Part shown: positions 15,900-25,395 of the stretch, one piece after another
How positions within the stretch are numbered: position 1 is the stretch's first letter
Layout: the number at the start of each line of letters is the position of its first letter
Assembly (NCBI GenBank): GCA_964621155.1
Contig: CAZULB010000002.1
Span: forward strand, 1-60,320
DNA: 60,320 nucleotides
Reading direction: 5' to 3'
Source: an uncultured bacterium
GTDB taxonomy: Bacteria; Krumholzibacteriota; Krumholzibacteriia; WVZY01; JAKEHA01
The notes under the pieces: generated by a model
The model's database searches: none
Told to the model about the DNA's origin: nothing
The model's input: the letters and a program-made list of their open reading frames with translations, nothing else
Position numbers and translations under genes: made by a program

Positions 15900-15932
15900 G
15901 ATCGGGTAGTGGGCGAGGGTTTTTCCGATCAA
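15900..15932 (-). pseudogene. 11-codon kinase-type 5' fragment (LIGKTLAHYPI)
   Basis: TTG ATC GGA AAA ACC CTC GCC CAC TAC CCG ATC has the same N-terminal signature as 12847 and the intact kinase. Similarity is lost immediately afterwards. Confidence 0.3.
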
Positions 15933-16031
15933 GAGAATGGACTCCGCGTGTTGGGGAGCCGCGATTCTTGAGGGGCGCCCGGCGCAGTGTCAACGGGAGG
16001 CAGGGCGAGAATGTCAGCCCGCGCGGGCGTT

Positions 16032-18290
16032 TTACCTCATCGCCGTGAACCACAGGTACACGGTGAAATCGTCCGCAGGATTAGCGAGAGGCCACGCAAA
16101 ATCAAGCCGCAGGTTAGCCGCGTTTTGAACGGGCCACAGATAGCGCTGCAGACCGAATCCCACCGAGGTGATCCAGTCGTTGGAGTCACCATCACCGACA
16201 CGGGCTGCGTCTGCCCACGGGATCAGCTGCACGCCGAGATCCTCGATCAGCGGAATCTTGCTGGAGGCAAAGATGTCGTACGGGAACATGTACTCGACGC
16301 GCGCCGCGAACGAGTGCTCGCCCACGTGCGTCCGTCGATCGTAACCGCGCACCGTGCTCAGCCCCCCCACATCGGCCAGCTGCTGAAACGGCGGCGCGTC
16401 CGCCGTGGTCACTCCGCGCAGCGTCGCCTCGAATTCCTGCCGGCCCAGGATGAAGCCGCGCGCGCGCAGCATGATGTCCGTGCGCGCGTAGCGGAAATCA
16501 CCGCCCAGTGAACCGCCGGCGAGGCGCTGCGTGAGCTGCGCGTTGAGCCAGCGCCTTCCGCCCAGCTCGAAGCCGGCCACCACCGCGTGCTCGTCGCCTT
16601 CGTTGATTTCCGGGTTGGGCTGGTCGAGATCGCCCCAGATGGAAAAGTCCGCGTCCCGCGCCACGCTGCGCTCGCGCGAACCCTCGTAGCCGAGGTCGAA
16701 GTGCACGTCGTCCCACGGCGTGAGCTCGAGACCGGCACTACCGCCGGTGCGGCGCAGATAGTCCTGATCGTCCGCGCCGCCCACGAACGCGCGCAGTGAG
16801 TTGAACGCAATGCGATTCGATCCGTACGGATCGACGTAGTCGCGGAAGATGGCAAACGCGGAGAGCTTGTGATCCAGCCCCGGAAGGTCGCCTTTGAATT
16901 TCGCGCGCCACCGGAACTTCTCCGACGCCGTCGCATAGCCGCCAAACGCTTCCAGCTGCGCGCGCTTGTCGGCGCGGCCGAACAACCCGCCGCCACCGAA
17001 CAGGAATCCCTCCACGCGGTTGTAATCCCAGTCCGCCACGTGAGGATCGAAGTTCAAACGCCACGCATCTCCATACAATGGAGGGCCGCCCTTCAAACCC
17101 GCGACACCCAGCGAATCATGCAGCGCCGCAGTGGAATCGATGAACGCGTGATTGGTGATGTCGACTTCGGGTGAATAGGCCGCGTCATCTTCCCGCTGCA
17201 GAGCCGCCAGCAGCGCCGGCCCGGACTGCCGCACGGCAGAGTGCGATGAATCGACGGCCGCACCCGACGAATCGATGACGACACGGGTCGTATCGAGAAA
17301 CACCTTGAAGGTATCGGCCGCGTATCCCGGTGCCGGAGCGCTCACGCCCGTGGGAATGGACGGAATGATCTGCGGCTTCGTCGCATTCTTCTCCGCCGGC
17401 GTTTTCGCGCTCGCCACGATCGCCGCCGGTGCTTTTCCGCCAAACAACTTCTCGTCATATCCCTGATCGAAACGAAAATCCTGCCAGATCAGTTTGAACG
17501 ATATCGAGGACGGCACAAAAGGCATGGCATTGCGGCGCAGATCGATCTCGCCGGCAATCTGCTTGGGCACCCATTCGCCGCCGGGAAGCTCGTGCCATTG
17601 CACGGAAACGCGCCGGATGCCCTTGATGAGCACTGGAAACGGATTCTGCGTGAAATCGTACAGCTCGTGCACAACGCGGAAGCCGTTTCCATCCACCCAG
17701 ATCTCACCGCTTGGCATTTCACTGAAGTCGCTCTTGGGTTTGAAGGCGCAGTGAAACACCACGCGGTCTTTCTCGAGCGTTCGATCCAGCAATGTGAAAT
17801 CGAACTCTTCGTCGTGCTCGAGGTATACGGGAATCCGCGTGAAGCGGCTCATGTCCTCTTCCGTGATGCGGTATCCGCCCGTCTCGGGTTTGCCGGTCTT
17901 GTCGAAAACCCACGCGTTGTCCTTCTTCTTGAACTTCTCGTTGCGTGAGGCCAGCAGCACGCGACGGTTGTAGCCGGTGGAATCGCCGTACAGCCGGTAG
18001 ATATCGGTTTGCACTTCCTTCTTGTCCGGCCAGACCATGGCGGCGTGCGACGCGATGGTGTAGGTAGCGTTGGCGTGGCCGGCAAGCTTGGTGCGCTCGC
18101 CCTTCATCGCCCGCACCACCAGTTCGCGCACGGTGAACTCTTTGCCTTTGATCACGATGGGCGCCAGGGTTGGCATCATCGAGGTGGGGGGCTTGATGAC
18201 CGGAATGGAGTCCGGTGGTGCCGCTGCGGCGTGGGCACCGGCCGGAACGGCCAGCAACAGGATCGGAAAAATGAGGCTGCGGAGCGTCAT
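16032..18290 (-). CDS. Omp85/BamA-family outer membrane protein with LolA-like N-terminal domain
   Basis: It has a signal peptide (MTLRSLIFPILLLAVPAGAHA). The C-terminal ~330 aa are a beta-barrel with the surface-antigen motif LSTVRGYDRR and alternating aromatic strands. The competing plus-strand ORFs are Arg-rich shadow frames. Confidence 0.65.
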   Translation of the reverse strand: MTLRSLIFPILLLAVPAGAHAAAAPPDSIPVIKPPTSMMPTLAPIVIKGKEFTVRELVVRAMKGERTKLAGHANATYTIASHAAMVWPDKKEVQTDIYRLYGDSTGYNRRVLLASRNEKFKKKDNAWVFDKTGKPETGGYRITEEDMSRFTRIPVYLEHDEEFDFTLLDRTLEKDRVVFHCAFKPKSDFSEMPSGEIWVDGNGFRVVHELYDFTQNPFPVLIKGIRRVSVQWHELPGGEWVPKQIAGEIDLRRNAMPFVPSSISFKLIWQDFRFDQGYDEKLFGGKAPAAIVASAKTPAEKNATKPQIIPSIPTGVSAPAPGYAADTFKVFLDTTRVVIDSSGAAVDSSHSAVRQSGPALLAALQREDDAAYSPEVDITNHAFIDSTAALHDSLGVAGLKGGPPLYGDAWRLNFDPHVADWDYNRVEGFLFGGGGLFGRADKRAQLEAFGGYATASEKFRWRAKFKGDLPGLDHKLSAFAIFRDYVDPYGSNRIAFNSLRAFVGGADDQDYLRRTGGSAGLELTPWDDVHFDLGYEGSRERSVARDADFSIWGDLDQPNPEINEGDEHAVVAGFELGGRRWLNAQLTQRLAGGSLGGDFRYARTDIMLRARGFILGRQEFEATLRGVTTADAPPFQQLADVGGLSTVRGYDRRTHVGEHSFAARVEYMFPYDIFASSKIPLIEDLGVQLIPWADAARVGDGDSNDWITSVGFGLQRYLWPVQNAANLRLDFAWPLANPADDFTVYLWFTAMR

Positions 18291-18360
18291 GGAGTGACTC
18301 TAATACGGACGAACGGCGTCAGGGTTGCCAGCCCGGCACGAGTATTGCGGTTCCCGGGGC

Positions 18361-18543
18361 ATGAATACAACGATCTCGATTCCGGATGGTCACCTGGCCG
18401 CCATCGACAGACTGGCGAAAGAATTGGGAATTACAAGGAACGAAGCGTTCCGTAAGGCCATCGAACTGTTCCTCCAGTATGGCAACCCGGAAGTGGAGGC
18501 GATGACCGGCGGCACCGGACGTCGCAAAGAGCCAAAGTGGTGA
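18361..18543 (+). CDS. Ribbon-helix-helix (CopG/Arc/MetJ) protein
   Basis: The sequence MNTTISIPDGHLAAIDRLAKELGITRNEAFRKAIELFL shows the canonical RHH beta-strand plus two helices. Confidence 0.65.
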   Translation: MNTTISIPDGHLAAIDRLAKELGITRNEAFRKAIELFLQYGNPEVEAMTGGTGRRKEPKW

Positions 18544-18599
18544 ACCGACCGCCGCGAAGCGGCGGTCCCGGCCTATCAACCTTTCAAGCAACTTCCACT

Positions 18600-18785
18600 A
18601 TGAACCTTAACATTACAGTCCCCGACCATCTCGTTTCCACTGCCGACAAACTCGCCAGGCGCATGGGAGTCTCGCGCAACGAACTCTTTCGCCTGGCACT
18701 CACTCAACTTCTCGAAGAGCTGCACTCGGACAGCGAGCTCGTGGCCGCGGCCCCGAGTGCCGCAGACGACGACGAAGACTGGTAA
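18600..18785 (+). CDS. Ribbon-helix-helix (CopG/Arc/MetJ) protein, paralog of the preceding gene, with acidic tail
   Basis: The sequence is MNLNITVPDHLVSTADKLARRMGVSRNELFRLALTQLL. The C-terminus is ...AADDDEDW. Confidence 0.65.
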   Translation: MNLNITVPDHLVSTADKLARRMGVSRNELFRLALTQLLEELHSDSELVAAAPSAADDDEDW

Positions 18786-18900
18786 CCTCCGGCGTCGATA
18801 GCTCGCGCCCCGGGATATGCAGAGTGACAGATTCATCGCCGAGATCGAACGCCATACCCACTCACAGTAGTATCGTCGCACGCTGCGCCCCTTACTGACC

Positions 18901-18938
18901 GCAAAACGGGAGAGGGTCGACAAAGCCGACCCTCTCCC
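18901..18938 (-). terminator. Intrinsic terminator of the giant secreted-protein gene
   Basis: A 12-bp stem GGGAGAGGGTCG/CGACCCTCTCCC is followed on the minus strand by GTTTTGC. It lies about 35 nt after the stop at 18972. Confidence 0.7.
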
Positions 18939-18971
18939 GCCAAATCAGGTTGACGAACAGTCGCGTCCGAA

Positions 18972-21900
18972 CTACTTCAGGAGCACCATCTTCCGGGTCT
19001 TGGTGAACCCCGGGGCCTCGAGGCGATAGAAATACACGCCACTCGCCACGCCCTGTCCACGCGTATCGCGCCCGTCCCACGGCACCTCGTGGGATCCGGC
19101 TGGGCGGTTCTCATCGACAAGCGTCCGCACCAGGGCACCACTGACATCGTAGACCTTCAGTGTCACCTGTCCCCTTTGCCTGATTGAAAACGCGATCATC
19201 GTCGTTGGATTGAACGGATTGGGATGGTTCTGCGACAGCTCATTTCTGAACGCGGGACCCGCGCCCACCGGATACGTTACCAAGTTCCCGAGGCAAGTAA
19301 TGATCTTGTAAAGAAACAGGTTCCGGTCCCAGACACCATCGAGCTCGTCGTCGCGAATGTGCGAGAATGAAATGCCCGAAAGAATCACGCCCCCGTTTCC
19401 AGTAAAGTTGGATATCACAGCACCGTTTGCGCCAGAAGTCGAGCCATAGGACATCTCCACTTTCGATGTCCCCTGCGCCGTCATTACATCGAACGCATCC
19501 AAACCGGGGCACCCTCCAAATGCGACCCAGTCGTCATCGAAACACCGGCCGGGCCATGCATACAGCTTGGGCGATACTGGATAGTTGGTCGGTGCGAGCC
19601 GGTGATTCCCGCTACCGATGTTGAACGGAATAAATGCATTCCGGAAATCATTCGCACAGGCAATTTGGGAACCTGCAATGAAAGCGGGAACATTATCTCC
19701 TGCGAGAAATACGCCACCCGGAAGCGTCAGACCCGACACGAATTCACTCAACAGGCAGAGATCGGGCGACTTCTCCGGCGTTCCGGAACCATCACCGACG
19801 GTCACCTCAAGGGTCCCGCAGTCCCAGATGATCTTCCGGTATCGTGCGAGCAACTGGTTCACGTTCTTGACGCGACTACCCAGGCGGTTCCCCACAGCCG
19901 ACGAAGGCGCGCGGACGTCAAATCGGTCTACCTTTCCGGTCAGACCTATCGATCTGAACGACGAATCGAAATATTCCTGGCCCGGAATGCCGTCCGTCCC
20001 ATCCACATAAAGGATGTCGCCGCAGCCGCTTGCACAAAGTGTCGGCAAACACGTGAACTCCGCAGCGTCGAGCGCGGCCGCCACCGGATCAACACCAGTG
20101 AGGTTGAGATGTGCACCGTACGCGAACGTCTCTAACCCCAACCCGTTCTCCGCGCCATAGAAAAAGAGTACTGTGTCACCCGGTGTGAAGTAGCAATCAT
20201 TGAGGTCGACGCAGTACTCGCCCGGCTTGCAGCCGTCATCCAACCGGATGCGATCCCAAGTTCGGTAGGCCAGCGTGGTCGAGCCAACCCAGGGGTATCG
20301 CGCTGGGTTGTCGGTTAGCGCAGGTCCCGACTTCGCAGGCCCATTTCCATTCTGCACACTCACATAGAGATAAACGGCCGGCCCGCCGGTTCCCGGATCT
20401 GTGCCGATTCCGGACTGACAATCGCCGACCATGACAACCGCCGAGTCGCCCGGAACAATCGAAGTCGTGGAGCTCACCGGCGTGATATCAGCGGCCATGT
20501 CTGCGCGCACGCATCCGGTAATCGTGCCATTTTCGGGGAAGTTGTCCTGAAACTGGTTCATGTCATGGATGATCCATTGCGGTCCCTGCAGCGCGACCCT
20601 GAACACCTTCACGTTGTCGAACAACGGAGCGTGGCTGTGACACACATCGGTTCCAATGGTTCCGCACCAGGCATCACACATGTCGCGAACACCGAGTGCA
20701 ACCTGAATGTCCGTCGCACCCGAATCGACCAACGGACCGAGTACTTCCAGATGCGTAATCCATTCCTTCAGGTGCCCATAGTAGACAAGGTTCTTGTCAC
20801 GCCAGGGCCCCCAGTTCCCCCCCACCTTGCTTCGCACGTGCCACGTGTAGAACACGAGATTCTGATACGACAGATCGCGATAAACAGAAAACTGGAAACC
20901 GAGGTTCTGACACCCACTCCCGATTGGTATGGATGGCGACCATATCTCGTTTCGAACGTACCGTTGTTGCGCATCATGGCGCGGCACGACCATCTGCGCA
21001 GGTGATGGAGGCGCATTGCAGGCGTAACTTTCCGTAGATGTGTTGATGAACGCCCACAGACAGGAGAGACTGCTGACGCAGGGATCCTCCTGGAGAACAC
21101 CGCTCTTGAACAGTCCCGCAAAGTCGCCGCGGCCAGAAAGATCGACAGACGTCCAGCCCTGCACGTTGCAGTTCGAGCCCGTGTTGAACCTCGATAACAG
21201 GAGCACCGTCGTGTCACCGGCAGCGGTGGACTGAGGCGTGTACACGTGCATTCGCGTCATTGACGTATTAGTGCAAGAACCTTCATTGCCAAAATCACCG
21301 CGCGCGACCTCGCCCCTGTACAAATTGAACGTGTGAACGCCGGAGATCGGGAAAGTTCGATGCCATCCGGGCTGCAGGAACTCGCTGACGGCATACGTCC
21401 CTTCCGAGAGACCGGTAAAGTAATAGTTGCCATGACCGTCGGAGCTGGTGGTTGCACCCGATGAGAGATTCACCGTCCAGCCGGGCAGAATAGATTCGCT
21501 AGCGTCCTTCACCCCGTCCTGATCGAAGTCATACCAGACTTTCCCCATGACGATGTTGTTTGCGCCGCTGCAGCAGTAGCCGGTCTTCACGAGGTTGCCC
21601 TGAACCAGTCCGCTGACATCCAGGCCAAGGACAGACGCTTGGTTTGTGAGCACAACTTTCAGTACGTTGGTACCATTGATGAAGAACGACGAAGTCGAGA
21701 TGTGATACGCCGGTCCAGGCTGGAACGAGTTGGTTGTAGTTCCAATCTGATTCCCGTTCAAATACACATTCGCTATATTGTCGGCGCGAACCCACAAATT
21801 CAACGCGGCACTCGTCGTGGTCTGAAGGCAGAACTTGTACTCGAGGCTATACGTGAGATTGCCAGAGGTCGCGTTCACAGATTCGTACGGGCTGATCCAC

Positions 21901-22793
21901 TGTGACCCCGATTCGGGAGGAGCCCACGAGGCGTACTGGGGGATAACATATGCGGGGCGCGGCTCAGACGTCGAAGGATCGTCGTCGGCCACAACCATCC
22001 ACTCCGAATCGATGGAGCTGAGAAGCGTGCCATGCAGCTGATCCCATCCAGAGGCGACTTCGACGGCGTTCACCGGCTCGCACGCAAGCAGTACGTCCGC
22101 GGGAATTCTGAAGATCAGGTATTCCCGGTCGTTGTTTGGGTTGTAGTGGAAAGCGTCCGCTACGGCGGTGGTTTGATACCACATCCATCGCGCCGCACCG
22201 TCGAGGCACGAAATCGCCGGGAATACATCCGAGCTTGTGTTGTCCTGACCAATCGCCAGCACGCCAGAATACCCGGACACCGGCGTTGTGCCAACCCAGC
22301 CCACGCTTGTGTTCGCTCCGCCCGTTCCAGCATTCGCAATGGCGAGCTGGGCATTAATTTGTGAAATGGTTGGCGGAGTGTCGCCGCAGTCCATGGACAC
22401 GCCGGTTGCGTAGACCTCCCAGGGGCCGACTCCGGTATAGACCACGGCAGTAGTTCCCACCTTGAACTGGGCGATGACGCCCTGGGTACCCCCGTTGTCG
22501 GCCCATCCGATAATATAGAGATAGGCACCACTGGAGACGTCGATGGAATAGTGCTCGACCCCCCCTGATCCACATCCGAAGATATTGCTTGGACTCGTGT
22601 TGCACAGGTTACCGTACGTCTGCGCAATCGCCGTGGCGCTACCGTAGGCGAACGAGTAGCCGTTGTCGCACGTGATATCGACGTTCACGTTCGTTGACCA
22701 CGCACGCGGAGAGATGAGGAGCACCGAAAGTAGAATGAGAAAAAAGCAGACGACTGGAAGGGCCACACAACGGGATGTGTTGTGAGACATCAT
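18972..22793 (-). CDS. Giant (~1270 aa) secreted protein of unknown function with SdrD-B/CnaB-like module and T9SS-type C-terminal domain
   Basis: The start is near GAGG-tca-ATGATG (22793/22790), with signal/anchor ALPVVCFFLILLSVLLISPRAWS. It contains GKVWYDFDQDGVKDASE..GWTVNL.....SDGHGNYYF..L..GTYAV, an SdrD B-like module. The C-terminus is NHPNPFNP..VYDVSGALV..GVYFYRL..RKMVLLK. The gene is visibly more AT-rich than its flanks. Confidence 0.8.
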   Translation of the reverse strand: MMSHNTSRCVALPVVCFFLILLSVLLISPRAWSTNVNVDITCDNGYSFAYGSATAIAQTYGNLCNTSPSNIFGCGSGGVEHYSIDVSSGAYLYIIGWADNGGTQGVIAQFKVGTTAVVYTGVGPWEVYATGVSMDCGDTPPTISQINAQLAIANAGTGGANTSVGWVGTTPVSGYSGVLAIGQDNTSSDVFPAISCLDGAARWMWYQTTAVADAFHYNPNNDREYLIFRIPADVLLACEPVNAVEVASGWDQLHGTLLSSIDSEWMVVADDDPSTSEPRPAYVIPQYASWAPPESGSQWISPYESVNATSGNLTYSLEYKFCLQTTTSAALNLWVRADNIANVYLNGNQIGTTTNSFQPGPAYHISTSSFFINGTNVLKVVLTNQASVLGLDVSGLVQGNLVKTGYCCSGANNIVMGKVWYDFDQDGVKDASESILPGWTVNLSSGATTSSDGHGNYYFTGLSEGTYAVSEFLQPGWHRTFPISGVHTFNLYRGEVARGDFGNEGSCTNTSMTRMHVYTPQSTAAGDTTVLLLSRFNTGSNCNVQGWTSVDLSGRGDFAGLFKSGVLQEDPCVSSLSCLWAFINTSTESYACNAPPSPAQMVVPRHDAQQRYVRNEIWSPSIPIGSGCQNLGFQFSVYRDLSYQNLVFYTWHVRSKVGGNWGPWRDKNLVYYGHLKEWITHLEVLGPLVDSGATDIQVALGVRDMCDAWCGTIGTDVCHSHAPLFDNVKVFRVALQGPQWIIHDMNQFQDNFPENGTITGCVRADMAADITPVSSTTSIVPGDSAVVMVGDCQSGIGTDPGTGGPAVYLYVSVQNGNGPAKSGPALTDNPARYPWVGSTTLAYRTWDRIRLDDGCKPGEYCVDLNDCYFTPGDTVLFFYGAENGLGLETFAYGAHLNLTGVDPVAAALDAAEFTCLPTLCASGCGDILYVDGTDGIPGQEYFDSSFRSIGLTGKVDRFDVRAPSSAVGNRLGSRVKNVNQLLARYRKIIWDCGTLEVTVGDGSGTPEKSPDLCLLSEFVSGLTLPGGVFLAGDNVPAFIAGSQIACANDFRNAFIPFNIGSGNHRLAPTNYPVSPKLYAWPGRCFDDDWVAFGGCPGLDAFDVMTAQGTSKVEMSYGSTSGANGAVISNFTGNGGVILSGISFSHIRDDELDGVWDRNLFLYKIITCLGNLVTYPVGAGPAFRNELSQNHPNPFNPTTMIAFSIRQRGQVTLKVYDVSGALVRTLVDENRPAGSHEVPWDGRDTRGQGVASGVYFYRLEAPGFTKTRKMVLLK

Positions 22794-23136
22794 TGACCTC
22801 GTCGTTGAAAGTGAAATGCACCGGGCTCGCAAAAATCACAATCACCGAAAGGCCGAATGATATCTGTTCGGCAAACGATCGTTCAACATGAAACTACACG
22901 TGTGTGTGCTTGCATGCGAACCTGAGAAATGATTCTCCATTGATTCCACGCTTGGACATGTGTCATGATTTTCCGACGGGCGATCTATCCGCGCCCAACC
23001 TCTTCGGTTCTCCTCCGGCGGGGACCTTCGTGAGGCAAAGGGGGGCATACTCCCGGATAAACCATCGTCGACTTTGGTCGCCGACGTGCGCGCCGCCGGA
23101 GGGTGCTCGCGACGGCGTGCCCAAAGGAGACGAACC

Positions 23137-23838
23137 ATGCCTCAGCACAAAGACCTCAAGCGCCTCGTGCGCTCCCGCATGAAGAAAACCGGCGAGTCCT
23201 ACACCGCCGCCCGTGCTCACGTCACAAAGAAGCAGACCAAGGCCTCGCCGAAGTCCGTCCCGGCGGTGGCGAAATCGAAGTCGGCGCTGAAGTCCGACTT
23301 CGCGAAACTCGCCGGCATGAGCGACGACATCGTCAAGGACCGCACCGGTTGCGATTGGACCCGGTGGGTATACGTGCTCGACAAGTGGGGTGCGGTGAAC
23401 AAGTCCCACACCGAGATCGCGGCGCACATCCATGAGAAGTACAAGATCGACGGCTGGTGGGCGCAGACGCTGACCGTGGGCTACGAGCGCATCCGCGGAT
23501 TGCGCGCGCGCGGCCAACGTCGCGACGGCGGGTGGGAAGCATCCAAGAGCAAGACCGTGGCGGCACCCGTAGCGGAGCTCTTCGAGGCCTGGAACTCAGC
23601 GAAGCTGCGCGCGAAGTGGCTTCCCGAGAAACTCACGGTGCGCAAAGCGACACCGCACAAGTCCATGCGCATTTCGTGGCCCGATGGGACAAGCGTTGAG
23701 TTGTATTTTCAGGCCAAGGGCAACAAGTCGATCGTGGGAGTTCAACACACGAAGCTCAAGACGAAAGCGGAAGCCGACGAGCGGAAGAAATTCTGGTCGG
23801 AAAGACTTGCGGCTTTGAGCGAGCTCCTGGCAGACTAG
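23137..23838 (+). CDS. DUF4287-like / SRPBCC-like two-domain protein
   Basis: AAGGAG is followed by the ATG at 23137. It has a basic N-tail and the motif WTRWVYVLDKWGA..SHTEIAAHIHEKYKIDGWWAQTLTVGYERIRG, which I recall as DUF4287-type. The C-terminal half is of unknown fold. Confidence 0.6.
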   Translation: MPQHKDLKRLVRSRMKKTGESYTAARAHVTKKQTKASPKSVPAVAKSKSALKSDFAKLAGMSDDIVKDRTGCDWTRWVYVLDKWGAVNKSHTEIAAHIHEKYKIDGWWAQTLTVGYERIRGLRARGQRRDGGWEASKSKTVAAPVAELFEAWNSAKLRAKWLPEKLTVRKATPHKSMRISWPDGTSVELYFQAKGNKSIVGVQHTKLKTKAEADERKKFWSERLAALSELLAD

Positions 23839-23864
23839 ACATCGACGATTAGTGATAGCGCCGA

Positions 23865-23900
23865 GGAGCCCGGTGACGAGAAACGCCGGGCTCCTTTTTT
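23865..23900 (+). terminator. Intrinsic terminator
   Basis: The sequence is GGAGCCCGG-tgacgagaaacg-CCGGGCTCC followed by TTTTTT. Confidence 0.8.
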
Positions 23901-24687
23901 ATCCCCTCAACGCTCCCACGCTCACAACCGGTCCCTGCGGTCCCGCGCCCTTGGATCCGCCCGCCTCCTCCACGGAAAGTGCGAAGGCCGTCACCGCGCC
24001 CGCATTGGCAAGGGCGGGCATGTGGATCACGGCGTGACCGTTCGCATCTGCGCGCACGAGGCCGAGGCTGGTCGGCGTATCGCCGCGCAGCACCCACAGC
24101 TCGATGTCCTTCCCTGTCGGCGTGATCACATGATCGAGAACAACGAGCGCCTCGCCGTTTGCCGGGCTGAAGCACGCGCGCGCCACCATCGTGGAATCGC
24201 CCTGGCCGGTGCCGTTGAAATCGAAGCAATCGGTGCCGGAACCGGTCAGGAATGCCACCGACGACTGCGCCTGCGCGAGTTGCTGCTCCATACTATCGAG
24301 CCGCGCCCGCATGGCCGTCTGTTCGCCGGTGAGATGCTGCAAGCGTGTCCACAGAAGCACGCTGGTTACGAAGAATACAATCGACGCTGCAGCCAGCACG
24401 CCGGTAACAATGCGCAACCCGCCCCTCGAACGGACGCGTGTGCGACGCGGTTCGCGGCGCGCGGCGTCGGCCACACGCTCGCGGAGCGCCGGCGACGGCA
24501 TCGCCGCGGGCGCGGCGGCGGCCATCGCCGTCGTCGCCAGACCAAAATCGCGCAGAGCCGCTTCACATTCGCGGCATCCTGCGCGCAAATGCTCTTCCAG
24601 CCGGCGACGCGAAACGTCGTCGATGGTACCCAGCGCGTACTCGGCGCACAGGTCGAGATGTTCCTCGCTGTGGCGGCTCACCACCAT
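23899..24687 (-). CDS. Anti-sigma factor (zf-HC2 N-terminus, single TM, RskA-like periplasmic domain)
   Basis: The zf-HC2 motif is EEHLRAGCRECEAAL. It has a TM helix (IVTGVLAAASIVFFVTSVLLW) and a C-terminal IELWVLRGDTPTSLGLV. It overlaps the sigma gene by 10 nt. Confidence 0.85.
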   Translation of the reverse strand: MVVSRHSEEHLDLCAEYALGTIDDVSRRRLEEHLRAGCRECEAALRDFGLATTAMAAAAPAAMPSPALRERVADAARREPRRTRVRSRGGLRIVTGVLAAASIVFFVTSVLLWTRLQHLTGEQTAMRARLDSMEQQLAQAQSSVAFLTGSGTDCFDFNGTGQGDSTMVARACFSPANGEALVVLDHVITPTGKDIELWVLRGDTPTSLGLVRADANGHAVIHMPALANAGAVTAFALSVEEAGGSKGAGPQGPVVSVGALRG

Positions 24688-25232
24688 TCTCCTTCCGGCA
24701 ACGCGCCCTTCAAGTCACGCAGCGCCTGCCGCGTCCATGACTTCACGGTCCCCAGCGGCTGCTGCAGCTTCTCTGCTATCTCGCGTTGCGACAATCCCTG
24801 CCAGTATGCCATTTCCAGCACCGATCGATGATGCGGTTCCAGCCGTTCGATCGCATTGCGCACGGCTTCGCGGGAGGAGGCTGCTTCTCCGTTCAACACC
24901 GGCGCCACCGATTGCGGCGCGTCAGCGCGAACCTGATCCTCACGCTTCGTTCGGGCGGCGCGCGAGCGGATCGCATCCAGCGCGCGACTTCTTGTAATTG
25001 TGAGCAACCAGGCGCCCATCGCCCCGCGTGACGCATCGTATGCTGCGGCATTGCGCCACACCTGGAGCCATACGTCCTGCATCACATCCTCCGCTTCCGC
25101 CTGATTTCCGAGAATACGTACGGCAACCGGAAACACGAGCGCGATATAGCGGTCGTAGAGCTCCGTCAACGCGGACTCGTCACCCGCGCGTATGCGCGCG
25201 AGGCAGTCGATATCGCGATTGCCACCGGTCAT
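24678..25232 (-). CDS. ECF-type RNA polymerase sigma-70 family factor
   Basis: Region 2 is DVMQDVWLQVWRNAAAYD. Region 4 HTH is LSQREIAEKLQQPLGTVKSWTRQAL. Confidence 0.9.
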   Translation of the reverse strand: MTGGNRDIDCLARIRAGDESALTELYDRYIALVFPVAVRILGNQAEAEDVMQDVWLQVWRNAAAYDASRGAMGAWLLTITRSRALDAIRSRAARTKREDQVRADAPQSVAPVLNGEAASSREAVRNAIERLEPHHRSVLEMAYWQGLSQREIAEKLQQPLGTVKSWTRQALRDLKGALPEGEWW

Positions 25233-25395
25233 CGTTCGTCCTTCTTGCGCCTCCGTCCTGTATACGACGCCGCGGACGCACCGGATGACAAGAGAAAATA
25301 GTTGCCGGCGCCCCTCATCCGCTCCCTATCCGGCCCCGTAGCGGGGGAAACAACACAGGCCGGCCCTCGCCGGACCAACCAGAAAGGGAGCAATC

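Noticed and set aside
25340-25380. Possible ECF promoter (GGAAAC-n17-CGCC) upstream of the DUF4331 genes
   Set aside because: The -10 element is weak and not of the CGTC type. It cannot be distinguished from chance in GC-rich DNA without orthologous promoters.
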